From NCBI GenBank assembly GCA_030390025.1, contig CM059438.1, forward strand, positions 19,964,001 to 20,028,000: 64,000 bases of DNA, read 5' to 3'. Position 1 is the first letter of the stretch, and every line of letters starts with the position of its first letter. Positions 26,045 to 39,512 of the stretch are shown here, piece by piece. The stretch comes from Squalus acanthias (lineage: Eukaryota). The translations under genes were made by a program, and so were the position numbers. The notes beneath the pieces are model-generated. The model had not been told where the DNA came from, did not search any database, and saw only the letters and a list, made by a program, of their open reading frames with translations.

Positions 26045-27085
26045 TAATGGGCAGCTACTCTAATTGGCAGGATGTGACTTGTGGTGTCCCACAAGGATCT
26101 GTGTTGGGGCCTCAACTATTCACCATATTTATTAATGATTTAGATGATGGGATAAAAAACCCCCACATATCCAAGTTTGCCGATGACACAAAAATAGGCG
26201 GCATTGTAAGCAGTGTAGATGGAAGCATGAAATTACAAAAAGATATTAATAGATTAAGTGAATGGGCAAAATTGTGGCAAATGGATTTCAATGTAGGGAA
26301 ATATGAAGTCATCCACTTTGGACCTAAAAAGGATAGAACAGAGTACTTTCTAAATGATGAAAAGCTAGAAACAGTGGAGGTCCAAAGAGACTTGGGGGTC
26401 CAGGTACATAGATCATTAAGATGCCATGGACAGGTACAGAAAATAATCAAAATGGCTAATGGAATGCTGGCCTTTATATTTAGAGGATTAGAATACAAGG
26501 GGGTAGAAGTTATGCTGCAGCTGTACAAAACTCTGGCAAGACCACACCTGGAGCACTGTGAGCAGTTCTGGGCACCACACCTTAGGAAGGATATATTGGC
26601 CCTGGAGGGAGTGCAGCGTAGGTTTACCAGAATGATACCTGGACTTCAAGGGTTAAGTTACAAGGAGAGATTACACAAATTAGGGTTGTATTCCCTGGAA
26701 TTTAGAAGGTTAAGGGGTGATTTGATCGAAGTTTTCAAGATTTTAAGGAGAACTGGTAGGGTCGATAGAGAGAAACTGTTTCCGCTGGTTGGGAGTCTAG
26801 GACTAGGGGGCTAAAAAATAGAGCCAGGTCTTTCAGGAGTGAAGTTAGGAAACACTTCTACACGCAAAGGGTGGTAGAAGTTTGGAACTCTCTTCTGCAA
26901 ATGGTAATTGATGCTAGATCAATTGTTAAATCTGAGATTGACAGATTTTTACTAACCAAAGGTATTAAGGAATATGGGAAAAGGCGGGTATGTGGAGTTA
27001 GGTCACAGATCAGCCTTGATCTCATTGAATGGCAGAACAGGCTTGAGGGGCTAAATGGCCTACTCCTGTTCCTATATTCCTATGT
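26045..27085 (+). mobile_element. 5'-truncated CR1 LINE (RT C-terminal half and 3' tail)
   Basis: [20 protein letters not shown] and RRLRGDLIE motifs; tail ggcctactcctgttcctatattcctatgt. Confidence 0.93.
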
Positions 27086-28016
27086 TTTGGAAGTAAAAAT
27101 GTGCAGTTTCAATAAAGTTGAGTTGTGCTGACTGAATCTACAGGGACTACAGAACGCATGATCATTTTGAAAATTGGTTGTTGCATCAGGGACTGGTGTG
27201 GTGTGAGTGAACAGCTACATTAACCATGACCATGTACTGTGCGATGGAATAGAGGACAGGCTGCTCTACTGTAGGACTCAGTTCCATAGTACAGTGAGCA
27301 TACATGGCTATTATTGCTGCAAGATAGAGGGTAGTGTCTTCATCTTTCATTTTGAGTGGTGGAAAGCTCTTACACAGCACCCTCTGTTCCCATATTCATG
27401 CAGGATGCTTGGGGTCAGTAACATTGTAAAGTTCGACATTTGCATGACAGCTCATCACTTAGTTTTCAGCTAACTCGATGTTCTGTACATAGGATGTTTT
27501 GAGCAGAGGTTTTGTGTCAGCATTTACCGTATGTAGAGTGTCTGACAGATTACAATTGAGCCTTGAAACTACAGCTTTTATTAATTCAGTTATTTGGAAC
27601 ATACTGCCATTTAGTTGATTATTGAAATTACTGCATTTGATTGGTTAATAAGCCCTTGATACAGATTCCAAACAACCTATCTACTAATGTGTAAGTGTTC
27701 CAGTCATCAGAATCTATATTCAGATTTCTTAATTACAAGTGGCTCAATAGATCACATCATGTGTGAGCTACCTGTCTGAGCTGGAACAATTTGGATACAT
27801 TTTAAATAGATTCAAATTGTGCCCACACATTGGAAGGTGCCACCACCAGCATTAGTCTCACTTACTATAAAGGCAGCAAAAACATTGAGATGGAAATTGC
27901 TGAAAATTATGATCCTTAAATTTCTATTAGTTCAGTGTTTTAATGGCCACCTTTATCATCATAAAGGGGCCAGCAGCATTTTTCATTGCTTTTCAATTTG
28001 TACATGTAGACACAAT

Positions 28017-28506
28017 GGGGCCAATTTTCAACTCTGGTGCAAATCAAGCACGCGGTGGGCGGTCTTACGCCTGCTTGATGGCACCAGCAGGAGGCCAGAA
28101 ACATGTTCATGCTCAGACCTCATCTCCATAGTGGCGAGCTGCTATTGAAGGGACGGGGCATTCATGCTGCTCCCGGGCAAACAGAAACCATGTAGAAAAA
28201 CCTTACCTGTGCTGTTTCCAGAGTGGCCTCCAGCAAACCCTTCAAGGATCACTGATTAAGCTGCTCCATGTCCAGTACCAATGGGAAGCCTGCTCCGCCC
28301 ATTGGTACCTGAAGATTGTCTGGAGGTCCTGCAACTGGCGTGGGACCCTGATTTAAATAGCTGCCCATTTCAAGGCCCGATCAAAAATTGAGTCATGCAG
28401 GCCTCGGGTGGCCAGTGGGCGGGAGACTTTATTTTACAATTTTCATCTGCCTGCTGCCCCATTTTCAGCGTGAACGAGTAAGCAAGGCAGACGTAAACCG
28501 CCCCCA
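28017..28506. mobile_element. Probable old MITE
   Basis: Starts ggggccaatttt, ends aaaccgccccc, internal atttaaat core as in the other copies. Confidence 0.42.
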
Positions 28507-29194
28507 ATAGGGTAAAACACTCTGAAGTTAAATCATTCTGTTTCAGTAATGTGTACAGCAACTCAAGAAGCACATTTTTTTTTGTTTAACAAGTGAATTG
28601 TTAGTTTTCTGTGGGGCATGTATCAGACTGAGTCGGTAGAGCCGACAAACAGAGCAAGTTTGACCCTATCTTGAGCCAAGCACTTTATACTTCTGAGAAG
28701 TTACATCTACAGTTAATGGAAGTACACTCTACTTATTTTGTGTATCTGGAGCACATGAACACAAGAAGGTTGTTTTTGCAGCTGCAGCTTAACACAAGCC
28801 GTGGCATTTCTCTAAAGAGCAGTAACATGTTGAGGCAGGTGTTTGAGGCCTATGTGGACTAATTTGCATTTGGCATATCAGAGGTCAAGTGATGTCAGCA
28901 AATACCCCAGGCCTGCAATTTAATTACAGGCTTGTAAAAGTAAGGTACGTGTGACACATGCTAAGTAATTTCTTCTTTACAGCACATTGTAGCATTTAAA
29001 TAGCTATCATTTTTTTTTGCTTGTTCTTGCCATAGGAATGGTTTAGGTTTTAATTAAACTTGAAAATATCTTTAGTAAATATTAACTCATTATATGCCAC
29101 AAGTGAAAATTAAAATAATGCTGTCAAATTGTTATACTCTAACACACTGTACAGTGATCTTCAAGGCATTACAGATACTTATTTCAAGAAACAG

Positions 29195-29650
29195 TGGAAG
29201 TAAATTTCCTCACAGTGTGTTGTGCGCCAGCCAGTTGTTTGGAGAGGCAGTTGCATGAGAATTTCCTGGGTCAGCTCTTTTGCCTATATACTGATGTAGT
29301 CATTGGCGTAAATCCCGTGTAAAATGGGCATAATTAGCTGGAGTGCATGGAAACTGGAGTGAATTCTTTAAAAAGACAGTTTAGCTGCACACTTTAGCAT
29401 CAGACTGGGGGACAACAAGGTCAGGAAGGAGCGGTGCTTGGCTCACTCACTAGACTTAGACAACTTCACTCCAAGTCTCACCAATCTTTTCATCATACTT
29501 TTTGAGTATTATGTCGACAGGAAGAGTACTTGTACCAAACAGCCAGACAAGGCAGCAGGGCATGGCACCAAGAAGGAGAAGAACCCAGAACTGTACTGAC
29601 TCAGACCTCCATGGCCAACTGGAGGAAACTGAAGTTAGGAGGCAACAGAC
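29195..29650 (+). mobile_element. Harbinger-like left end with the start of a Myb/SANT-like ORF
   Basis: MAPRRRRTQNCTDSDLHGQLEETEVRR resembles the first helix of the same domain (R.pNFs..el..L.eev..r). Confidence 0.45.
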
Positions 29651-30454
29651 TCTTTTAAACTATGGAATTGAATATTGCTCAGCCACTGACGCCTCTGATT
29701 CCCGACTAACCTCCTTCAGCTGCACACTTACTCTTGCACCCTATGCACTTTTAATGCTGGTTTACATCTTGTTCTCCACTCCTTCTGCTCCTCCATCCCC
29801 TGCTGCTCCTTCACCCATTGCGCCCAGAATTCTGGAACTTCCTCCATAAATTGGTCCACCTTGCCACTTCCCTCCCTTCTCTCAAAACCACCTCCCAAAC
29901 CCGCAACCTCCACCAGCTAGAAGGACAAGGGCAGCAAGTGCATGGGATATCCACTATGTCTCCAATCAATGTGGAAGTTGGAAAATATCACACTGTTGGG
30001 CCATGTTCCAGAGGCTAAACTACTGTCAAGATTTATTTACAAATAAAATGGTTCATCGGTCGGACGGTATGCAATCAGTAATATAACTATGTTAACTGTT
30101 TGAAAGAGGTTGTAGTTCTTCCAGCTTCTCTCAGCAAACTCTTAAAAAGATAGTGGTGCATACATAAGAGCTACTTATGCAGCTCGATCTGTATTAACAT
30201 GGTGAACAGGAACTAGAGTGAGCTAAAGGGTACATGGATTATATTTTGTTTGAAGTGCAAGCAATTTCTTTGCAGAAATTTCGATTACATTGAGCATCAA
30301 AGCAACAATGGAGTTTACCCCATTACAGTGACACTAATCTTCAACCCCGATTTATTGTGTGCTTTTTAAATTTATGATGCGCTGTACCTGTTTTGGGTGT
30401 ATTTGATGGGACAGTGCAGAGGGAACTTGACTTTGTATCTAACCCGCTGCATTT

Positions 30455-30628
30455 AAGGGGAAGCTGATGCATTTAAGATGAAGCTAGATAAACACTTGAG
30501 GGAGCAAAGAATAGAAGGTTAAGCTGATAGGGTTAGATGAAGACGGGTGTAGAGCATAAACACCGGCATGGACCAATTGGACCGAATGACCTGTTTCTGT
30601 GCTGTACATTCTATGTAATTCTATGTAA
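30455..30628 (+). mobile_element. CR1-type 3' end fragment
   Basis: gcatttaag...ctagataaa...ggaccgaatgacctgtttctgtgctgta followed by (attctatgt)2. Confidence 0.65.
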
Positions 30629-30894
30629 TATAAGGTGGCTCCATTTGCTCAGCTAGATTGAAATCTTCTAGAGCTCCTTAGTTTCTGTTCATTGCATTAT
30701 TATGCATGGGGATGGATAGAGCTGTGTACTACCAGAGGCTGTCTTTTTAAAGTCTGCTGAGAGAAGCTGGAAGAACAATAACATCTTTCAAACAGTAAGT
30801 ATAATTGTATTTACAGTAAATTACTGATTGTATGTAGCTTGTCTATGGTTTTGTTTCTGTGAATCATTTTATTTGTAAAAACAGTTGTATGATT

Positions 30895-31082
30895 CCGCCT
30901 GTCTCTCCTCCTTTAAGATGCCCCTTAAAACCTACCTCTTTGACCATGCTTTTGGTGATCTGTCCTGATAGCTCCTTCTGTGGCTCAGTGCCAAAAATGT
31001 TTTTATTGATATCGCTCTTTTTAAGCGCCTTGGGACATTTTGCTATGTTAAATGCGCGATGTAAATGTAACTTGTTGTTGTC
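30895..31082 (+). mobile_element. L2 LINE 3' fragment
   Basis: cttaaaacctacctctttgacc...ttgttgttg tail. Confidence 0.75.
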
Positions 31083-31312
31083 AATTCACTTACATTGGAA
31101 TACCCTCCCAACTAATATATTGGCACAATCCAACTTAGTTGAAATGTGACCTAGGAAAATTGTGCTATGTTTTCAGCCACAATAATTGCAGACACCATTC
31201 CTGTCTGAGACACTGGCTCTCAATTGGTCTCACATTTTATTACAGAAGCACAGCTCTAATTAAGAAACATATCACGATATGCCCTCCTCTACATTACTTA
31301 CATTACCAGGTG

Positions 31313-31916
31313 GGGGGACAGCTGAAATGACCCGCGAGACTTAACCGCACTTCTGAGCAGGCGGAAGGGTTACCTGACAGAAACTGACTTCTTTAAATGT
31401 GCAGATCAGGCTCCAATGACATCACTGGGGCCCGACTGCCATTTTAACCGAAGGCCTGCACGAGGCAGCCGTTGTCCCTTCCCTGCCAGTCCAACCCAAT
31501 GGGAAGAGGCGATAGGGCTAGAAGAGGCTGAGACAGGTAAATGGTTTTATTTTTTTTTCTTGTGTGCCAGGAGGAGCAGGTGTGTCCCCTGAGCCCCACA
31601 AGGAAAGCTAAGGCCTCACCTGCATTGGGCTTCCCCAGCTTCCCCGACCACGAGACCCTCCCGACTCCCCTCCCAACCACTTACCTGAGTGCCATGGGCA
31701 GTTCCTTCAGGTCCCCGGCGGGGGCCTCTTGCCACCTGACGTTCCTCTCTCGCTCGTTGGTCAGCTGCCGTCTCCCGGCGGGTTCGGGCGGGAGATCTGT
31801 GCAGGTGAGGACCGTGAATTAAAATCTCCCAGGCTCCACTCTGAGGAGCTCCAGCAGGTTCGCTGTCTGCATTGGCCGCCATCACACGAGTCCTGCCCTC
31901 GGTTAAAATTGTCCCT
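31313..31916. mobile_element. MITE-like GC-rich element; related partial copies at about 11500-11985 and 38487-38990
   Basis: Shared core tttaaat.tgcaga.caggctc..atga..tc..tgggg...ga.t.gc.atttta.ccga.g.c and gccaggag.agcagg; ends ggggaca / aattgtccc. Confidence 0.62.
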
Positions 31917-32514
31917 TTAATCGCAACTGCATTACTTTCATCTAGTAATTAAGTTATATCCTGATAGGTTCCAATAAATCTGTATTTCATAACCCATGCA
32001 TTGGATTTATTGTCTGTAATCTTACTAGATGGCCTTTAACTGCTTTCTGTATAATAGACTCTCGAGATATTTATCAAAGGAAATGCCAAGCTTCGAGGCA
32101 CATAATTCCCTGGGTCATACTTCGATTTTTTTTAAAAAACGATTGTAATCATAATGCTATTTTCGAGGTTTCAAGCCCTTTTTCAGAGTGACAGTGTCAA
32201 CATGAGTTAGGACTATAAGGCCAAGTCTGAAAGGTTGTGTTACACATACAGTGTCTCCAAGTGAGGCCATAACCACTGAGCTGGACAAAGGAGTAGAGAC
32301 ATTGCATGAGGTCGACTGTGTCAAAGGCTGCAGAGAAATCGAGGAGGGATAATGCGCCACTATCACAGTCAGAGAATATCAGTTGTGTTTTTGGTTGGGG
32401 CCATTTCAGTGCCAAGGGTGGGGGAGGAACCTGATTGAGAGATTCAAACAGCCAATAAGCAGGAAAGACAGGCATGGGTCAGTGAGGAGACAACAGCTAA
32501 TCTGCCGCTCATCC

Positions 32515-33040
32515 TCTCACCCAAGCCTTTGTCACCTCCAATTACTAAATTACTCCAATACTTTCCTGGCCGGCCTTCCATCCTTCACCCTCTGTAAACT
32601 TCAGTTCATCCAAAATTTAGGATTCTGTACCTAGCATGCACTGCTCACCCATCACCCATGCCCCTCATGGCCTACATTGACCCGTGGTCTCCCAACACCT
32701 CAAAATTCTCATCCTTATGTTTAAGTCTCTCCATGAACTTGCCCATCCTTTTCTCCTTATGTGTTACAACCCCACCCGCCTCTTGAACTCTCTGTTCCTC
32801 TGACTGGCCTCTTGCCCATCCCTTACTTTCGCCCCATCACTGGTGGTCATGCCTTTAGTCGTCTAGGCCTATACTCGGGAATTCCCTCCCTAAAGCCCTC
32901 TGCTTCTTCACCTCCCTCTCTTCCTTTAAGCCTGTCCATAAAAACCACATCTTCCCCCGTCCTAAATTCTCCTTTGACTTGGCATCCATTTTTCCACATT
33001 AGAAGTGTGATATAAATGCAAGTTGTTGTTGCTGTTGTTG
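32515..33040 (+). mobile_element. L2 LINE 3' fragment; an inverted L2 RT piece lies at about 32225-32375
   Basis: Degenerate L2 C-terminal coding region and (ttg)n tail. The upstream minus-strand piece reads LLDFSAAFDTVD. Confidence 0.72.
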
Positions 33041-33213
33041 TTCCCTGAATACTGTCAATTCAAGGCTGTATTTATACTGCTGCCATTGGTCTTAGACCAG
33101 TAGCTACAGAATTGACTCTGTCCCAGTAGTACCTTGTTTATACTGTCTGGCTCAGAATTGAACTCTCAGGAGTTGAATGTGCTAGCGCTCCACGCCCGTT
33201 TGTTAAATTTGAG

Positions 33214-33898
33214 GGGGGGAAAATTGAGTCGCACCCCCTTTGGGGCGCTAACTTCGCCGGGGCGCTACACCCGAAAAAATTAGCACCCCCGTGGCCGAAG
33301 TTCACCGGTAGCACCCCAAGAGGGAAGCGGGGCGCTACTGGAAGCGAGGGAATATCACAGCGCTACGTGCCGCTGCGCCACACGCTGCGGCACATCACGC
33401 CGCGGTACTGCAGGCCTTCCTCCCCTTCTTAAAGGGGAGGGGCCTAGCGCAGCACGACCCGGGGCCCAGCTGGGCCACCAGGGATTGGAGTGCCGGCAAA
33501 AGAGCCGGCACCCCGCGGGGGGGGGCTTCTGAGGAGGCTGGGGACGGGTGCAGAGGCAGGTGCTGGTAGGCGGCCAGCAAAAAAAATGGCTGCCCGGCAC
33601 CTCGCCTTTAATTAGCCGCCCCGGCCGCAGGTAGGCCCCCCTGACCCCATCGGACATAGCGTCCGGTGGTAAGTCAGGGGGCGATACCGAAGATCGCGGC
33701 TGGGGCGCGAGCGAGGCGCTGCGCACGGCGATGATGTCATCGCTGGCGACGCAGCGCCACGGGGCGCTAACAGTTACCGCCGCCGCTAACCTCCCGCTGA
33801 ATTTCGCGGGAGGCGTTGGCAGCGCCGCGCCCGGGCAATAGTTCTTTTGCGCCCCGTTAGCGCCCTCAGGAGGCGCAAAGCAACCGAATTTTTCCCCC
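33214..33898. mobile_element. CpG-rich MITE
   Basis: TIR gggggaaaatt / aatttttccccc, with multiple subterminal ggggcgcta motifs in both orientations. Confidence 0.78.
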
Positions 33899-35284
33899 AA
33901 AATGTTTTGAGAGGGTGGGTGGGAGCATTCCCATTTTAAGAACATTTATTAAGTGTCCAGGACATCCAAGCAACCCTCCTGAAAACATTTCAAAGCAGAT
34001 GTTCTCAAAGCCATGTGTGTGAGGTGATTCCCTTGAGGGTATCTCACACCACCCCATTCTGGACTCCAGAGTTATACTGTCAGTTTCATGTCATCGTGGA
34101 GCAGCTATGATGTGATCCAAAGTGATGGTATAACTGCATCCTGAAGCAGTTCAGTGTGGCTGTTTCAATTGTTCAATATGTTCTATAAAACTTGGGTTTC
34201 GTTAATTTTACTTGCCTTTCCTCCTTTCCACCCTGAAGTATTGTAAAATTTACCTGACTCAGGCGTGTTAGGGTGCATTTAGGAAGCTGTGTACATTCAT
34301 GGTGGGTGGCAGGGCGGTGGGGGGGTGGGGGGGGGGGATAATTTTGACTGTGATAGTGAATCAACATCCCGTTTTACATCTCTTCCGATTTTTATTTCCA
34401 TTGAGATGTAAAATGGGCTGCAGATTCGCTTCCACCCATTTTATAATATTGTACAATGTTAAAATTACCTCCATTATGATATATTTCATATAATTTATAA
34501 TTAATTTGTATTTGTCGCACCACTTTTTCAAACCGTTCTTCTTGCTTTCATTGCAATTCATTGGTCGTGAAGCACTTTGGGACATCCTGAGCATATGAAA
34601 GGAATATGTTAAAGCAAGTTCCTTCCTTGCCCTTTTCTCTCATTTTCTACTATCTATCTGAATAACATATAATCACATTCAGTAACCTTAAGTAGGCTGT
34701 GCTCTACATACTATTCAGATGCATAGTCTGTAGGTTGATTTAATGTCGCTAATTTGTTAATTGTTTTCATGTACAAAATGAGTTAGATCAACTAAAGTAC
34801 ATTATAACTGCCAAAATTATACAGCACACTAATGTGGTGCTTAGTGTTTGAAATCTAATTTTGTGACCAAGCATTTGAATTTTCCATGGCAGCAGTGCTC
34901 ACATCTGCTGAACGGAATACAGCATTCGTCACTGCCCTGCATGAGCTAACATCATCAGTGTCTGCACATCACTGAATATTGATTTATGAACACAATCACT
35001 AGCAGCACTGCAGTTCTTTAGTGTAATGACACAAGTACCCCCTAGTTTAATGTACCCCTGAGGCTACACTTATTAGTTTTTTAGCTTTATGGTACATATG
35101 TACTGGACCATCTGACTGACCTGCTCAGTACGAATGGCCTTAGAAATTGTTTTCTTTAAGCACTTGGGAATTGAAAGGCAACATCACCCTTCAAAGCAAT
35201 GTACACCTCTTTTCTCTCACATAACACTGGAATCTTTGACACCTGTGTCTTATTCTATTGGCTGTGGTGAGTATAAAAGAAAGG

Positions 35285-37095
35285 TTTGCATTTATACAGC
35301 GCCTTTATCACATCTTTGAGAACCATCTCAAAGTGCTTCACACAAATGATTTTTGAAATGCAATCGCTTTTGTCGTGTTGGCAAACGTGGCAGCCAATTT
35401 GCACACAGCGAAGACTCACAAACAGTAATGAGATGAATGATTACTTAATCTGCTTCAGGTGGTGTTGGTCGAGGGAACAATGTTGGCTAGGACACTTCAA
35501 ACAGTGCCATGGGTTCATTAATATCCACCTGAATGGTTTAACTTTTCAACTGAAGAACGGCAAATGTAACGCCCCTATTCAAGGAAGGAGGGAGACAGAA
35601 AGCAGGAAACTACAGGCCACTTAGCCTAACATCTGTCATTGGGAAAATGCTGGAATTCATTATTAATGAAGTAGAAGCAGGACATTTAGAAAATCATAAT
35701 ACAATCAAGCAGCGTCAACATGGGTTTATGAAAGGGAAATCGTGTTTGGCAAATTTATTAGAGTTCTTTGAGGATGTAACGAGCAAGGTGGATAAAGGGG
35801 AACCAGAAGATATAGTCTATTTGGATTTCCAAAAGGCATTCGATAAGGTGCCACATAAAAGGTTACTGCATAAGGTAAGAGCTCATGGTGTTGGGGTAAT
35901 ATATTAGCATGGATAGAGGATTGGCTAACTAACAGAAAACAGAGAGTCGGGATAAATGGGTCATTTTCAGGTTGGCAAACTAACTAGTGGGGTGCCACAG
36001 GGATCAGTGCTGGGGCCTCAACTATTTACAATCTATATTAATGACTTGGATGAAGGGACCGAGTGTACTGTAGGCAAACTTGCTGACGATACAAAGATAG
36101 GTGGGAAAGCAAATTGTGATGAGTCTGCAAAGGGATATAGATAGGTTAAGTGAGTGGGCAAAAATTTGGCAGATGAAGTATAATGTGGGAAAATGTGAGG
36201 TTATCCACTTTGGTGGGAAGAATAGAAAAGCAAAATATTATTTAAATGGAGAAAGACTACAGAATGCTGCAGTACAGAGGGATCTAGGTGTCCTCGTACA
36301 TGAAACATAAAAAGTTAGCATACAGGTACAGCAAATAATTACGAAGGCAAATGGAATGTTGGCCTTTATTGCAAGGGGGATGGAGTATAAAAGTAGGGAA
36401 GTCTTGCTACAACTGTACAGGGCGTTGGTGAGATCACACCTAGAGTACTGCATACAGTTTTGGTCTCCTTATTTAAGGAGGGATATACTTGTATTGGAGG
36501 CAGTTCAGAGAAGGTTCACCAGGTTGATTCCTGGGATGAAGGGGTTTTCTTATGAAGAAAGGTTGAGCAGGCTGGGCCTATACTCATTGGAGTTTAGAAG
36601 AATGAGAGGTGAACTTATAGAAACATATAGGATTCTGAGGGGGCTCGACAGGGTAGATGCTGAGAGGATGTTTCCCCTCATGGGGGAATCTAGAACTAGG
36701 GGGCACAGTTTCAGAATAAGGGATCGCCCATTTAAGACAGAGATGAGGAGAATTTCTTCTCTCAGAGGGTCATGAAACTTTGGAATTCTCTACCCCAGAG
36801 AGCTGTGGAGGCTGAGTCATTGAATATATTTAAGGCTGAGATAGACAGATTTTTGAACTACAGGGGAAGCAAGGGTTATGGGGAACAGGCAGAAAAGTGG
36901 GGTTGAGGCCAAGATCAGATCAGCCATGATCTTATTGAATGGCGGAGCAGGCTCGAGGGGCTGAATGGCCTACTCCTGTACCTGTTTCTTATGTTCTTAT
37001 GTTCTTACGGCACCTCTGACAGTGCAACGCTCCCTGAGTACTACACTGCATTGTTAGTTTAGATTATATGTTGAAATCCTGGAGTGGAATTTGGT
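35285..37095 (-). mobile_element. Deu-SINE split by the CR1 insertion (halves 35285-35562 and 37007-37095)
   Basis: The two halves are collinear with the 21470-21890 copy. Confidence 0.72.
35557..37006 (+). mobile_element. 5'-truncated degenerate CR1 LINE nested in a Deu-SINE
   Basis: Fragmented RT ORFs ([30 protein letters not shown]) and (ttcttatg)n tail ending near 37006. Confidence 0.93.
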
Positions 37096-38138
37096 ACAGT
37101 CCTTTTAGAAAGGAATTGACAAATTCCTGAGGGGAAGAGGACATTCGGTCATATTGGAAGTATATGTTTGGCTAGTGATGTGTCATGGAAATCAAATCTT
37201 CTGAATCTAAATCCTGAATTGAAAATGATCCAATATATAAGAGTGAGGGTCTCCACTGGGAGTTCAGCACAAGACAGCAAAGAACTGGATGTGTATATTT
37301 CATTTGGAATACCATTAGATCACTTGGGTACAGAATACATACAGCCCATCAGACAGCCAGCTGCATTGCCAGGGAATTAAGACACATACTTGTGCCAAAG
37401 AAATGCCAGTGTGAGTCCAGTTTCATATTCCACCTAGATACCTAGGACCTGAGATGCTGGGGCCAGGGATGGTGGGTTAGTGGTGTACTGGAAGTAAATG
37501 CCGTGAATTCCAGGCACCCAGCATTGTTAGGGCCATGGGTTGGGAGGGGGATAGTTTGAAAGCTTTAATTTTTGCAATAAAATTAGTTGCAGGGCAATTG
37601 CTGAAACTAGCACAAGAAGGGACAACAGTCTATTTTTGCTGCCCTAGTGGAAACCTGCAGATCTGCTAACAATGCGGCAAATTGCCACAGCAATAGTCCT
37701 TCCGCCCCCCCGCCCCCACTCGGCAGGGTGGCCCCAGTTGTGTCGAAAATGGTGTGGACGTCCACCCAAGATATCCAAATTGGCCTGATCCCAAGATTTC
37801 AGATGGGGCCAGAGACATTGCCATTTGGCAGGCTCCACCGAGACCCACCTCCTCTGGAATATTGGCAAGCCTGAATCTGACATACAATCCACCCTAATCA
37901 ATCTGTGAACAGTAAATCACTCGGAATTTTACTGTGGAAAATTTATACCATCGTGGCTTTGGCCACAGAGCTTGGCTCTGAATAAATCTAAGCGAAATCA
38001 ACTGGAGATATACAGGGGACCTGTGTATGTACATTTACTGTTGCACATAGTAACATTTTATTGAGTCTCTAAATCCAAAATGATCCAAATTTGATTTTTC
38101 AGCAATGAATGCTAGATTTTAATTTAGAGGAACAAATT

Positions 38139-38322
38139 GGGGGTGAAATTCAGCTTGGCTGCCAGTGCAAAATGGGCGATAGCGAATCGGTAGCCCCTTT
38201 TACACACTGGCCGATTTTCTTTTCTATTGAAGTCTGGAAGTGAGAATTGGGCGGAGTGTAAAACGAGCTGCCGATTTGCTAGTGCCTGTTTTTCACTACT
38301 GTCCAAGACGAACTTCACCTCC
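38139..38322. mobile_element. Short fold-back MITE; a similar one at about 34333-34472
   Basis: ggggtgaaattc / gaacttcacctcc ends with arms pairing along most of the length. Confidence 0.68.
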
Positions 38323-39512
38323 ATTCTATCTGATGGTCATCCATTATTATTATGTAGTTAATATTGTCTATACAGTATTACACTGGAACCGTGAAAGCAA
38401 AAGCCACTGTAAAACATAGCGTAGGACATCTTTGTGTTCCATTGAAATATGACAGACATGATGAGGTTGATATTAACCCACCATGATGGGCTAGAGAGGG
38501 CCCGTGGGGTGGGGGGGGGGCGGGTGCGGGAAGGGGTAAACGTGACCCCAACCTGCCGCGTACATGCCTGCTGCCATTTTTACGGCGGCGGGTTGTATGA
38601 CCTGCCTGTGTCTCGTCTTGGAGAGACTGAACACTTCATTACAATATTTAAATCAGGCTCCCGCAGTGCAGTCGGGAGCCTGATTTAAATTTAACGGTTT
38701 GCGGCCGGGTTTCCCAGGGCTCGGGAAACCTAGCAGCTAAATGGAGACGGGAGCAGCTGGCTGCAGAACGTAAGTGCTTTTTAGAGCATTCCTTGTGAGC
38801 CAGGAGTAGCAGGAGTTCTCCCCCCAGCCCCTCAAGCAAACCTTCTGCCGATCGTGGCCTCTCCTCGCTGCCGTGATCTGCCTTAACCCGTGATCTTTCC
38901 GTCCCTCCCTCCCGATTGCCAGTCTGAATCCCCCTTCTACGACGTGATCTTTCCCTCCTTCCCTCCCGATTGCCAGTTTGACCCCCCATTTCCAACCCTG
39001 GAGATGGGAAGTAGGGTTAACTTTTCAGGTCGATGACCTGGGTTCGGACATAACCCTACTTTCCAGCATTTTCTGTTTTTATTGCAGAATATCAAATGTT
39101 TAGGCTTTCCCTCTTTCACTCTCTTTCTCTTATACTGGAAGAAAAGAGAGAGATGGAGTGGCAGCTTACATATAGGATGTGGCAAAAAAGTCATTTTGGG
39201 ATCGTTTTAATGTTGAACCAAAATTTGTGTGATACTTTGTTGTTATAATTTTCTGCTTGCAATAAGACCATTGATATTCATTGTCTTACACTGATTGCCA
39301 TGAGATAGCAGGACCGTCCTTTGATGCTGATTACGGTATAGAGGGAGTTCTTAACTTAATATCAAACTGATCACTGAATTAATGCATGCAGTGCTTGGCT
39401 TCAGCACGTTAATTCTGCTGCATGTGGACTGAATGAGCTACCGCCCGTTTGTGTGTCAGAGTTAATCTTGGTATTTTAGTGTGTAATTTTCAAACTTTTG
39501 CACTATTAACAG

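Noticed and set aside
33355-33945. 196-aa minus-strand ORF and similar Pro/Arg/Gly-rich ORFs at 5.8, 9.4, 11.6 and 31.5 kb
   Set aside because: Chance ORFs in GC-rich MITE sequence with no domain features.
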